Source of the DNA: Naegleria gruberi | Taxonomy: Eukaryota | Assembly (NCBI GenBank): GCA_000004985.1 | Contig: GG738930.1 | Reading direction: 5' to 3' (one strand) | Length of the DNA stretch: 64,000 nucleotides | Part shown: positions 23,051 to 33,100 of the stretch, piece after piece | Numbering within the stretch: the stretch's first letter is position 1 | Layout: each line of letters starts with the position of its first letter | Made by a program: the position numbers and the translations under genes | Notes under the pieces: model-generated | Told to the model about the DNA's origin: nothing | Seen by the model: the letters and a program-made list of their open reading frames with translations, nothing else | The model's database searches: none

Positions 23051-26000
23051 TTATTTATTTGAGGGCACCATCTTTTTCTTCTTATTGACATTATTTGGAG
23101 GTTCTTGCTTTCGTTTTACAATAGTGTTTACCTTCTTACTGTTTACTTTCACCTCTTCCTTCCTTTCATCAAATTTAATTCTCTCAAAGTATTTCACCAA
23201 TAACAAATAATTTTCATGCCCTACTAGAACAGGTAAATTTGACAGATGGATGAAATTAAATTGTGTATCTTTTTCTAAAGATATTAATCCTTGTTGAACA
23301 AGTTCTGTATTACTATTTGGAAAATTGTTTGTTGTTTTTTCAGTGTTTAGTTTATCCAGTTCAACATTAAAGTGTGCAAAAATTTTACAAAATCTACAAT
23401 TCTCAAAAAAATTCTGGAGTTTCGGCTTGAAAGTTTTCCACCATACTGTAGTGGCCTTTGTAAAGTTGTTGATATAAAAAAATTTGCGATCCAATAATGA
23501 TTTTCTTTTAAGCACTGACTTTGAGTAAGCTTCTTGTGAACAGTTGTGAAGCTTGCTGCTGGTTAGATACAGTGTGTTATTGTTGAGTAAGATCAAATCA
23601 GGATGACACAAGTTGGTTGGGAAATAAATCAATCCATCCACAATTTGTCTAAAGTATTCTCCCTGGGTTTTATCGCTTAATTTACTGATACAATACCAAT
23701 ACAAAAAGTCACCACGTTGTGTGAAATCGGGTTCATCAACACCAGTACATGGCTTAGTATATTTGCCAATTATAGAATTCAATACATCCAATGCTTCTGT
23801 AGCCCAAGTACTTTTAGAGTAATGGGTGTAAAACTCTAATGCATCCATCTGACATGTTGCTCGGAAAAGTGTGGCACCTTTAACTTTTAGAAAAGGTACA
23901 TCTTGAATTGGCTTACTATTGTAGTGCTGTAGTATTAGAGCAAATATTGTTTTCCAATATTTAGCATCTTGTAAATCTTCACAGGAAAGAAGGAATCTCA
24001 ATACTTTCATTGGTGTAGTACAATCTTCATAAGTTTGGGGAAATTTCTTCATCATAATATTTGTGCAAACTTGTTTAGTTATTGTATCTGAACAATCAAA
24101 GAAATAGTCTCCATAAATTCCCTTTGGTGTGGCAAGTCCAGATCCAACAAGAGTTGCTGCCATACTCTCTCTCCCATGAATAAGTGAGGTTGAGAAAATA
24201 TGGGTGTTCGTAGCTCTGATAAACATTTCCTGTAATATATTTAGAGAAATCTTTTTGTTTTTGATATGAGCCAATACAGTTTCTGTAATGCTATTGGTAA
24301 ACTCTATCCAGCAAAGTTTAAGGGGAGAGATCTTCATAGATTTGAATGGATATGCAATTAATTTTTTAAACTCTGAATATGGTTGATTTTTGAAATTGGT
24401 TGTCAATTTTTCACAGACAAGTCCAATAACTCTTCTCCTTGTTGGAAAAATTATCTTTTCATCTTCCTTATCAAACAAATTTTTCAGATAATTAGTATCG
24501 TGCATTAACCCAATCATATTCTTTGCTGTTGTTGCTGATATGGAATCTAAACCAAAAAAAGAAAATATGTTATTGGTGATATCCTGATGTTTTCCATTAT
24601 TGGACTGGACTATGTCTATCACATCAGCCGTAAAACAAGTACCACAATAAATATCACAAACTGGTGTAGATATTCTACCTCTTATTATGCTAATCTCAGA
24701 GTGTAACAGTGTAAGAATATCTCGCAAAGTGCCATTTTTGGAGAGTAAAAAAGTTTCCTTAATAGAAAACACATTTGCTTCATCAAATGCAAATATAAAA
24801 GGCTCAGTACTTGCACCCAATTTTTGAATCAGATTATTGACCAAGGAGGAAGTACAATTTCTCAATTCTTCAATATCATACTCTACCCATCTGTTCTTTA
24901 TGAGATAGTTAAATATTCTATTTGCAGCTTTGGTGTTGCCAGTATATTGAGCATATGCTAAAAACTGTTTGCATTGCTTGAATGGTTTGTGTTCAAGATC
25001 TTTCCACATATCTACACATAAATCCAAATAGATAAGTCTTGCAATCAGGTTGCAGTGCACTAATTGTCTTGCAGTTGCAAATAATTCCAATGCAGTTTGT
25101 GTATCCTCAATCCTATTGTTCAAATTCAAGGAACAATAATCTGTTCCTCGAAAATTTGTTGTGTCATCTCTACAGCAAGTGAACAGGACCCCAAGATTAA
25201 CACCTAATCTTCTTGATATCTTACCATATATATCCAAAAGTTAAAATTGTACTTACCAATGCTGTTTTCCCAGTGCCAGAAGGTGCAATCAGGGAAACAG
25301 TATCACCCCTGATTATGTGGTTATTCAATTCTATACGCTCACTATCATCTTGTAAATCCACTTGAAAATTTGGAATGAAAGGAAGTATCTCTTTTACAAG
25401 TGTACTCTTTTGGATCATCAATAAGGGAACCTTTACATCTTTAAGGGACAAAGGGGAGGGATTTTGTTCCATGACAATCTGATTCTTAAAGGTTACCTTT
25501 TCTTTATCAATAGTTTCGAGTGGACAATCTTGTTTCACTTGTTCAATGTTTAGGTAATCCTTTTTGCGTTTTCCAGAATAAAAGAGGGTAAATGCTGTGT
25601 TGAAAAGATTATTCACATCTTCTTTCCTATCCATGCTTTCACAAGATTGTCCTTGTATTAGTTTCTCTAATGTTTGGTACCATGATAATTTGGCATCGTC
25701 AGTCAAGCCTTTCATTTGTTGTTTCAGCTTTTCCATTATCGACAATTCTGAATACGATTTAATGACATTGACTTCATCTCTAATGTTATTGAATGCCCAA
25801 TTAGCAACAGTACGGCAAGTAATAGCAAACTCAAGGCTTATATTCCCAGCATTCTTTGATTCTAAAAATCTGTTAATCATAGCCATAGTAACCGTATCCA
25901 CAGTGCTCTTTTCATCTATTAAGACACTTACAAGAGAATTACCATTGAAATCATGTTCAAGGAATGGTTGCAAAATAGTTTCCGACAAGCCAGTGTTAGC

Positions 26001-26063
26001 GGAAAGTTTGGTGAAAAGTTGGTGCGAGGTCCATGTTTTTACTTCTTCAACCGAATAACTCAT
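23051..26063 (-). CDS. large P-loop NTPase (STAND-like) with SAM-like N-terminal domain; two ORF segments joined by a 37-nt GTAAGT..AG intron or a frameshift
   Basis: Real ATG at 26063 (MSYSVEEVKTWTSHQLFTKLSANTGLSETILQPFLEHDFNGNSLVSVL). Walker A IAPSGTGKTAL sits at the end of the upstream ORF (26063..25257). The downstream ORF (25219..23051) continues ISRRLGVNLGVLFTCCRDD... into a long helical region. A candidate intron spans 25256..25220. Confidence 0.55.
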
Positions 26064-26110
26064 TTTTTTTTCAGTTTTTCAATTTATCTTAATAAAATTG
26101 AATTTATTTT

Positions 26111-29035
26111 TTAAATGATGTTGCAAATCATTAAGCTGATCACCATAACAAGCATCAAATTGCTGAAAACAATGATATTAGAATTACTTGACTTATCTTG
26201 AATAAGTACTTGATTTGCCAAATTGTTAACACCAACAGCTGTTGTTGTAATTGAATTTGAAGAACTGCAATTACTCTCAAATGCACCAATATCATTCGTT
26301 AAACCATTATATGAAATACCGTCAATTTTCACACCCTTATCAATCAGGGTAATTCCATTTGTTACATTACAACGAAGTGTAAAATCACTGGCAAGAGCAT
26401 TATTGAAATAGTAAGCCAAATTATTCTTACTAGTTTCGTACACATTCTTCTTGACATCCATCACACTTGGCCAATCAATATATTGCCAATACTTCACAAC
26501 ACTAATATCAGTCATGACATAATTATGATCAATATTCCAATAAGGTGTCAATGAATAACTCAAAGTTGGTTTCTGAATTGGTGAATTGACAAACACATTA
26601 TTTCTCATGTCAACTGTTCTTGGATAATATGAATTAAGTGATTTTTTAACTCTCAAATCCAATGCCAACTCATCCAGAACTGCTCTATTCAACCCAATCA
26701 CTTCATTATACAGATTTACATCTGTCAAAACTTGTGGGGAAGAAACAGATCCATTCACACTACTAATTAATCCTCTCTTTGTAATTGCTAACCAAAATGG
26801 ATAAGCTACACCATGAGTAGTATTCAAAGATGGAACAATATCATTCTTGTGTAAATAGAGTAATGAAGTATTTGTAATGACTCGATTAATATGAGCTAGA
26901 ACTTCCAATTTTAGTGAATCTGGCATTTGAGATTCAGCACTATATGTTTGAACTGTCTTGACCAAAGTTTGATTCTTATTCCAAATTAAAATGTTTGCTT
27001 TTTGGTTGGTCAAATATTTAATATCCTGAAATAGATTTGTCCATTTAATTGTTGCCTTGTCTCCAATGTAATGGAATCATCCACTAAAAGATATCTGTAC
27101 CAAACATTGTAGANNNNNNNNNNNNNNNNNNNNNNNNNNNNNNNNNNNNNNNNNNNNNNNNNNCAATACTCCATAACTTTCAAATCTGGTAATATTTAAA
27201 CTACTAAAAATGTAATATTCACTTCTAATTATGTTAATTCCTGTTTGTAACATGGAAACTTGAATATTATTTGGTAAACTTGCAGCTGCTACATATAATT
27301 GTGAATTTACAACTGCATATTGACCAACTTTTGATATCAATCCTGGGTGGTTTGCCATTGAATATTTATCATTTACCAAAAATGCTACATTTTTTGCAAC
27401 ACCAATTATGTTAGTTACATTATTGTAATATAAAATCTTTCTAGAAATTGTAATAGTACCTGCAACAGTGTAATGGAATATGGTTGCATTGACCCAATAA
27501 TTATCACTCACTTTGGAACCATCGGCTTTATATCTGAAAGTTTCGTCTAGTTTCATATAATTCAACAATGCATTAGGTGGTGTGAAATTTGTATTATTCA
27601 CATTGATTGTCAAGTAATTATCAACTGTAAAGTAATCATCTGAATTAGCTGGAAGTGGTCTCATTGCCAATATGAAATTATTATTATTTACATTGACATT
27701 GACAGAATCTCTTTGTAATGGAGCAGTATAAATCTTGAATGGCAATGTAGTACTAACAGATTGAACTGTGTTCATATTAATTGGATAAGAACCATCCAAT
27801 CTAACTTGATTATTAACTCCTTTTATGGAAATAGGATGTCCAGGAATGGAAGAATATTGAATTTTAAGAGTTTCTCTATAAGTTCCTGGATAAATATATA
27901 AAGTATCATCTGGGAACAACATGTATTGAGCTCTTGAAATAGTTTCCCATGCTGATGCATATGATTTTCCAGTATTCAAATCTGTTCCATTCTTTTGGTT
28001 GACCCAATAAATTTGAGGAGCAATCGAATAAGTATGAAGAACCTTTCCTTTCCAGACACTAACTTGTAAAATCTTGAATCTGGAACCAGATTGAACATAC
28101 TTATCAAAGAAACCAATCTTACCATCATTCGAATAAAATACTTTCATTGCATTAGTATCTGAATCAACTGCATTGACCAAATAATCAGCATTTGCCACAC
28201 TCAATTGACCAATCGATATTTGAATAGCATTATTAACTTTCTTAACATAAATCTTGTGATTAGTTGTAACAACTGGATTACCATATGCACCAACTAATAA
28301 TGTTGAGCTGTGGATGACAGTTCTCTGACCATTCAATACACGTGTAATGGTTAATGGACCTGGGTTTTGTAATTGAATTTCATAATAGTTATTAGAATCA
28401 ATATAATTGAATATGAATCCTCTTCCAGGTGATGAATAATATGAGTTGGCAATAATTTGAAAAGTGACATCATTGGAAGTGACATTAATTTTGGAAATTG
28501 TAATGGTATTAGCAGAGTTAATTGTTAAAGAATTGGAAGAAATTGAGTGTGAACCTTGGGTACTAATCCAACCACCTCCCATTCCATTACTTGTTGTGAA
28601 ATTATCTTGTTGTAGTAATAAATTGGTGGATGTTAATTTTTCAGCACTTTCAACATTGATTGTAATGTAATCAGTCTGAGTAATAGTTTTGGATGATTGT
28701 TGATTGTAATAGGTTGAATTTCTCTGAATGGTGAATGTTTTGCCTGCTTGACCTGCACCTGGATTGAAATTGAATACTTTGTTGGTGGAATCGTATACCA
28801 TACCACTTGAAAGTGGACCATAGGAGTATGTGATTGGAGTTTTAGGTTGACTATGTAATTGGACTTCTGTTGACGAAATACTCAAAAAACCATACTCTTT
28901 TACTCTTGCACCGCCGATTGGAACAACATAATAATCACCTTGGTCGACGCCATTTGGTAAGTTAGCACAAAAAGCAAACTGGTTGACCAACAATAAAAAG
29001 AAAATTAGGATTCCCCTCTGAAATGAAAGGCTCAT
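26111..29035 (-). CDS. large secreted glycoprotein (about 950 aa) with ConA/LamG-like and beta-helix-like regions and a C-terminal hydrophobic GPI-type signal; interrupted by a 50-N gap
   Basis: Real ATG at 29035. Signal peptide MSLSFQRGILIFFLLLVNQFAFCANLP. The 652-aa ORF runs to gap 27114-27163, and the 300-aa ORF after it has the same flavour. It ends ...SNSNIIVFSNLMLVMVISLMICNII. Many NxS/T sites. Confidence 0.55.
27114..27163. other. assembly gap, 50 N
   Basis: Run of n inside the secreted-protein gene. Confidence 0.99.
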
Positions 29036-29498
29036 TTTTTTGAATGGTTGGGTTGCTATGGATGACCATTCACGCTGTTAAAAGAAAACAATTAGAAATC
29101 GAATAGTTTTCCACAGTGTGTACTGGAATGCAATATCGCATTGTTACAAACAGTGTTTTACCAGTTCAATCAAGTTGACCATCAAATGTCGGTAAAATAG
29201 AGGTAGGCAACATCTTCTATCATTTTTTGGCTTGTGTCTATCGGATAGTTTGACTCTTCCTATTTAATAGAAAATCATTCAAATTGAATAATTGTGAAAA
29301 ACCATAGAGAACTTCCATGGGTTGAAGTATTAAATTGAATTGTATAAAAAATTAAAGAGGATTCTTTTCACAAGTTCTCAATATTTCGTGTTTGATGCGT
29401 TCGAACACAATTAAGGCAAACTCTAAAAATTACCAAACGTTCCTTCTCTTGTACGGTTTCATTTTTTCCTTCCTTTTTTTCATTTTATATGTTATTTA

Positions 29499-29604
29499 AG
29501 AACAATTAAGGTTTGTATAGTAGGAAATATAGCTGGCGTAGCTCAGTCGGTAGAGCGTTGGTCTAATAAGCCATTGGTCGCCGGTTCGATCCCGTCCGTC
29601 AGCA
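29499..29604 (+). repeat. tRNA-Ile repeat unit including a conserved 5' flank (copy 1 of an inverted pair)
   Basis: The 5' flank aagaacaattaaggttt...aatata is shared with the reverse complement of 44419-44454. The tRNA bodies are 73/73 identical. Confidence 0.7.
29532..29604 (+). tRNA. tRNA-Ile (anticodon AAT)
   Basis: 73 nt, GCTGGCGTAGCTCAGTCGGTAGAGCGTTGGTCTAATAAGCCATTGGTCGCCGGTTCGATCCCGTCCGTCAGCA. The acceptor stem pairs 7/7 (one GU). D arm GCTC/GAGC. Anticodon loop CTAATAA. T loop TTCGATC. One mismatch each in the anticodon and T stems. Confidence 0.8.
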
Positions 29605-29868
29605 ATTGTTTTTTATTTGTAGAATAAAAGAAAGCACGCAAAACCAAATTCGAAAAGTAACGGAATTTAATTAAGAACTGTTAAACTCACAGGTAAGGAA
29701 AAATTCTTTCATCTAGATTTTTAGAACTTGTGCTTAGAATGAATAAATACACAACGATTTCTCCTTACTCCCGAGGCAATTTAATATTATATATTAGGTT
29801 TAATTCATCACTCCAAACCAAAAATCTCCCGCTAACTTATTAAGATATTAAAAATATTTACAAAAAAA

Positions 29869-31437
29869 ATGAACCAACTCGATCCTAGTGCCTTATCCCA
29901 AATTGCTTCATTCCTTACTGTAGATGATATTGATGCTTTCAAATTTATAAACCGAAAGAATGTGGCAGTCTTCGGAAGTGGTATAAAATCTCAATCGTTG
30001 GTGAATCGGGACTTTTCCTATCTTTTTGATGAGCATCATGAGAACAGTGATTTGGAAAGGGAGTGGTCAATCTTTGAAGATCGTAATATACCATCCATTC
30101 TGATTCAATTGAATTTTTTAGAGGATGATTTTCCAATCCCTCATGTATTGAGATTCTTTAGACATTTAGTTGGAGAAAAGAATTTTAAACAATGGAGTAG
30201 TACAGAAGCCGATATTATCATTAATTGGGGTTCGGAGGGAAGAAGTTCAATGGATTTAATATTTAAGGAAATTGATGCTCTTTCGTCTATTAATTTGAAA
30301 GGCATGGAGGCAGAGAATCAGGAACAAACAGTAAGAGAAATGATCTCAAATTGGAGAGAAAATAAGAGGTTTTTCATAAGTGAAAACGATGTTCTAAACC
30401 CTTTCCGAGTTTTTAAAAAGATTAAGATCAAAATTCAAGGGTTTCAGGATAAATTTTCAAATCTGTATGAGGAACACCCGAGACCAATTCGTTGTAAAAA
30501 TTGCATCCATGTAACAAGTTCCCATCCCAAAACATTTTTCAATGAATATGACGTGATTATGTTTAATGGTTCCATCAAACATGATTATAAAACATGTAAA
30601 ACATTTGACAATCTTCCAAGAGACAAGTTTGAAAAGTTTGATGAAAAATGCAGGCTTATTCTCTATAGTATAGTTAGATTCAAGTTGATTCCATTAATGG
30701 AAGAGTTTTCTATTGACTTGAAAACCATTGTAGACAAGAATACTATTCATTCTATTACAAAATTTATAGAGAAAAAGGACCTAAGTGATGCAGAAAAACA
30801 GCACAAGTTGTTTTTATTCTTTACCACACAATATAACATTTTAGAGGCTTACAGAAACAGATACTTAAAAGGAGATATTTCACCACAAATATTTGTTGAT
30901 AAGGAAATGCAGGACTTGGAGGTTGTACTTGAGTGTTGCTACTTTGATCTGATAAGACTAAACTTTGAGAGCATGAATGATTTACAGCGACAGATGTTTT
31001 TTGAAACATTTACAAAATCATTTTTAAAATCTCAACTAATGATATCGGATGAATTATTGGAAGAATATGGCAAAGCAACTAATCAAAAAATAGAGAACCG
31101 ATTTAAATTGGAGAAGAAAAAGGAAAATGTAAAACTAGTATTTCAGACTCTGGAATTTCAAAGAGTTATTGGAATTGTTAGAAACAATATTTTACAATTT
31201 CCAAACAAGAAAACATCTTCATGTTTTAAATCTATTGAGCTAAGTAGACCTCAAAATCAAAAAATGATTTTTGACACCAAAACAGGCACACTGAACAAGT
31301 GCATTTCCAAGTTTTGCTGCTCGCATTGGTTAACTAGTTTATGTAGTCTCACTACAGTGTTAACATCTTGGTGCTGTACATATCCGTGTTGCAACGATCC
31401 CAAAAGATTTTCAAAAAGTATAAATATGATAGAATAA
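29869..31437 (+). CDS. hypothetical protein with F-box-like N-terminus and Cys-rich C-terminal tail, 522 aa
   Basis: Real ATG at 29869 (aaaaaaaATG). N-terminus LSQIASFLTVDDIDAFKFINRK. The C-terminus ...CCSHWLTSLCSLTTVLTSWCCTYPCCND. No family recognised. Confidence 0.5.
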   Translation: MNQLDPSALSQIASFLTVDDIDAFKFINRKNVAVFGSGIKSQSLVNRDFSYLFDEHHENSDLEREWSIFEDRNIPSILIQLNFLEDDFPIPHVLRFFRHLVGEKNFKQWSSTEADIIINWGSEGRSSMDLIFKEIDALSSINLKGMEAENQEQTVREMISNWRENKRFFISENDVLNPFRVFKKIKIKIQGFQDKFSNLYEEHPRPIRCKNCIHVTSSHPKTFFNEYDVIMFNGSIKHDYKTCKTFDNLPRDKFEKFDEKCRLILYSIVRFKLIPLMEEFSIDLKTIVDKNTIHSITKFIEKKDLSDAEKQHKLFLFFTTQYNILEAYRNRYLKGDISPQIFVDKEMQDLEVVLECCYFDLIRLNFESMNDLQRQMFFETFTKSFLKSQLMISDELLEEYGKATNQKIENRFKLEKKKENVKLVFQTLEFQRVIGIVRNNILQFPNKKTSSCFKSIELSRPQNQKMIFDTKTGTLNKCISKFCCSHWLTSLCSLTTVLTSWCCTYPCCNDPKRFSKSINMIE

Positions 31438-31698
31438 TGGGAAAGTATCATTCTGAAAGTTTGGCCAATTGTTGCTCCTCATGCTGTACTTTAAGAACTG
31501 ACCACAAGTATTTACCTGTATTGGATTTGACGAGCGGAATTTTACAAATTAATAACTGTATGGGTATGTGTATTCCAATGTGTAGGGGAGCTTATGCTGA
31601 TCACCACGAGCAACATTATTGCGATAATAATCGTTTCTAATAAACCGATTAAATAATTACTGAAACTGTATTGAACTATATCAGAATAAATTATTTAC

Positions 31699-32663
31699 TT
31701 AGAACCACTTTTTACCAAACTTGCCAAACTTCTTTCCGATTTTTCCAATCTTTCCAAATTTACCAAACTTGCCCATTTTCTTTCCCATCTTTTTCAATTT
31801 TTTCATATCCTTATGAGTATGATAACCTGGTGTGACATGAGCGTGCATTGTTGTAGTTGGTTGTTGATAATAACTAGTTGTAGTTGTTGTACTACCAGTG
31901 ACAACAGGTTGTTGTGGATAACCAGTTTGCATTGGTGGAGCATATCCTTGCATTGGTTGTTGTGGATAACCTTGTTGAGGGTATCCTTGTTGGACCATAG
32001 GTTGTTGAGGATAACCTTGCATTGGTTGTTGAGGGTAACCTTGTTGAGGATATCCCTGTTGAGGGTATCCTTGTTGTGGATAACCTTGCATTGGTTGTTG
32101 AGGATATCCTTGTTGAGGGTATCCTTGCATTGGTTGCTGTGGATAACCTGTTTGCATTGGTTGTTGTGGATAACCTTGTTGTGGAACCATTGCTTGAATT
32201 CCAAAGTCTTGAGCCAATAAGTCAACAACAAGACTTCCAGATTTGGCTCCAGTCAAAGATAATGTCAACTTTTCAACTACACCTCTCTTCAATGAAGACA
32301 ATGGTGCTGAACAACTTCCCATAGAATCATGTTTACCGATCAAATCATGATCAAATACATCAAAAGTTACCATTTCTCTACTAGGATCACTAACAGAGAA
32401 TGTAAAAGTTTGTGCCCAGGTTGGATTGAGGGTAGCTGGTTTCACAGATGTTTTCTGAGAGGAACTTCCAACTCTAACCACAACATATGGATCTGTTAGT
32501 TATTATTATTATTGGCGTCGTTTTTGATCATCACAAAACAATTATTTCACATCAAATCACGATCAATAACCAAATTTTAATCACACTACTTACCCGATGT
32601 ACCACTAATGTCTTTAGCAACAAGTCTTTGACCTGCAACAACGGTTACTGTCAATGTTGGCAT
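31699..32663 (-). CDS. C2-domain protein with (GYPQQ/PMQ)n repeats and a Lys/Gly/Phe-rich basic C-terminal tail (2 exons: 32663..32594, 32502..31699)
   Basis: Exon 1 is [23 protein letters not shown] + G, with donor GTAAGT. The 91-nt intron ends ctaacAG. Exon 2 is [34 protein letters not shown]...[16 protein letters not shown] (C2 hallmark SDPYV...NPxW). About 16 GYPQQ-type repeats follow, then the tail [34 protein letters not shown]. Confidence 0.65.
31880..32215 (-). repeat. in-frame tandem coding repeat, GYPQQ(PMQ) units of 15-24 nt
   Basis: Visible as reiterated ggataaccttgttg / tggttgttgagg motifs on the plus strand. It generates spurious ORFs in the other frames. Confidence 0.8.
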
Positions 32664-33100
32664 ATTGATGATGATGAATTATTGAATATTTGAATGGATG
32701 ATGGACAAATCCTTTTTCCTATTTTTTTGATGAAGATTTGTACTTGTTGGAAAATGTTTTAATAGACGACAGGTAACATGGGGCGCTCTGAAAATGAATG
32801 TAACCATTCATCCATGATCCTTCTATTAGGGTTCTTCTTCTTGTGCAGTTAGTTATTTAATTATTAATAATAATTACTATCGTGATGATTAATCAAATTC
32901 TTTTCCTTTTGATTTTTTAAATTGTATCAAGTACAAGGTACAATTATCAGTGTTTTCATCTAGACTACATCCGTTCTCATTAATCTTCCAGCTACTTCAA
33001 ATGTTTACTTTAAGAAAGACATCGCTTCTTGTTCAATGTTTTTTTAGAATATTTGGCGCCGTTTTTAATTATTTAATTTCAAATCTTAAAAAAATTGAAA

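Noticed and set aside
31803-32324. ORFs of 100-142 aa on both strands inside the GYPQQ repeat
   Set aside because: These are alternative-frame or antisense readings of a low-complexity tandem repeat. The C2-anchored frame is the coherent one.
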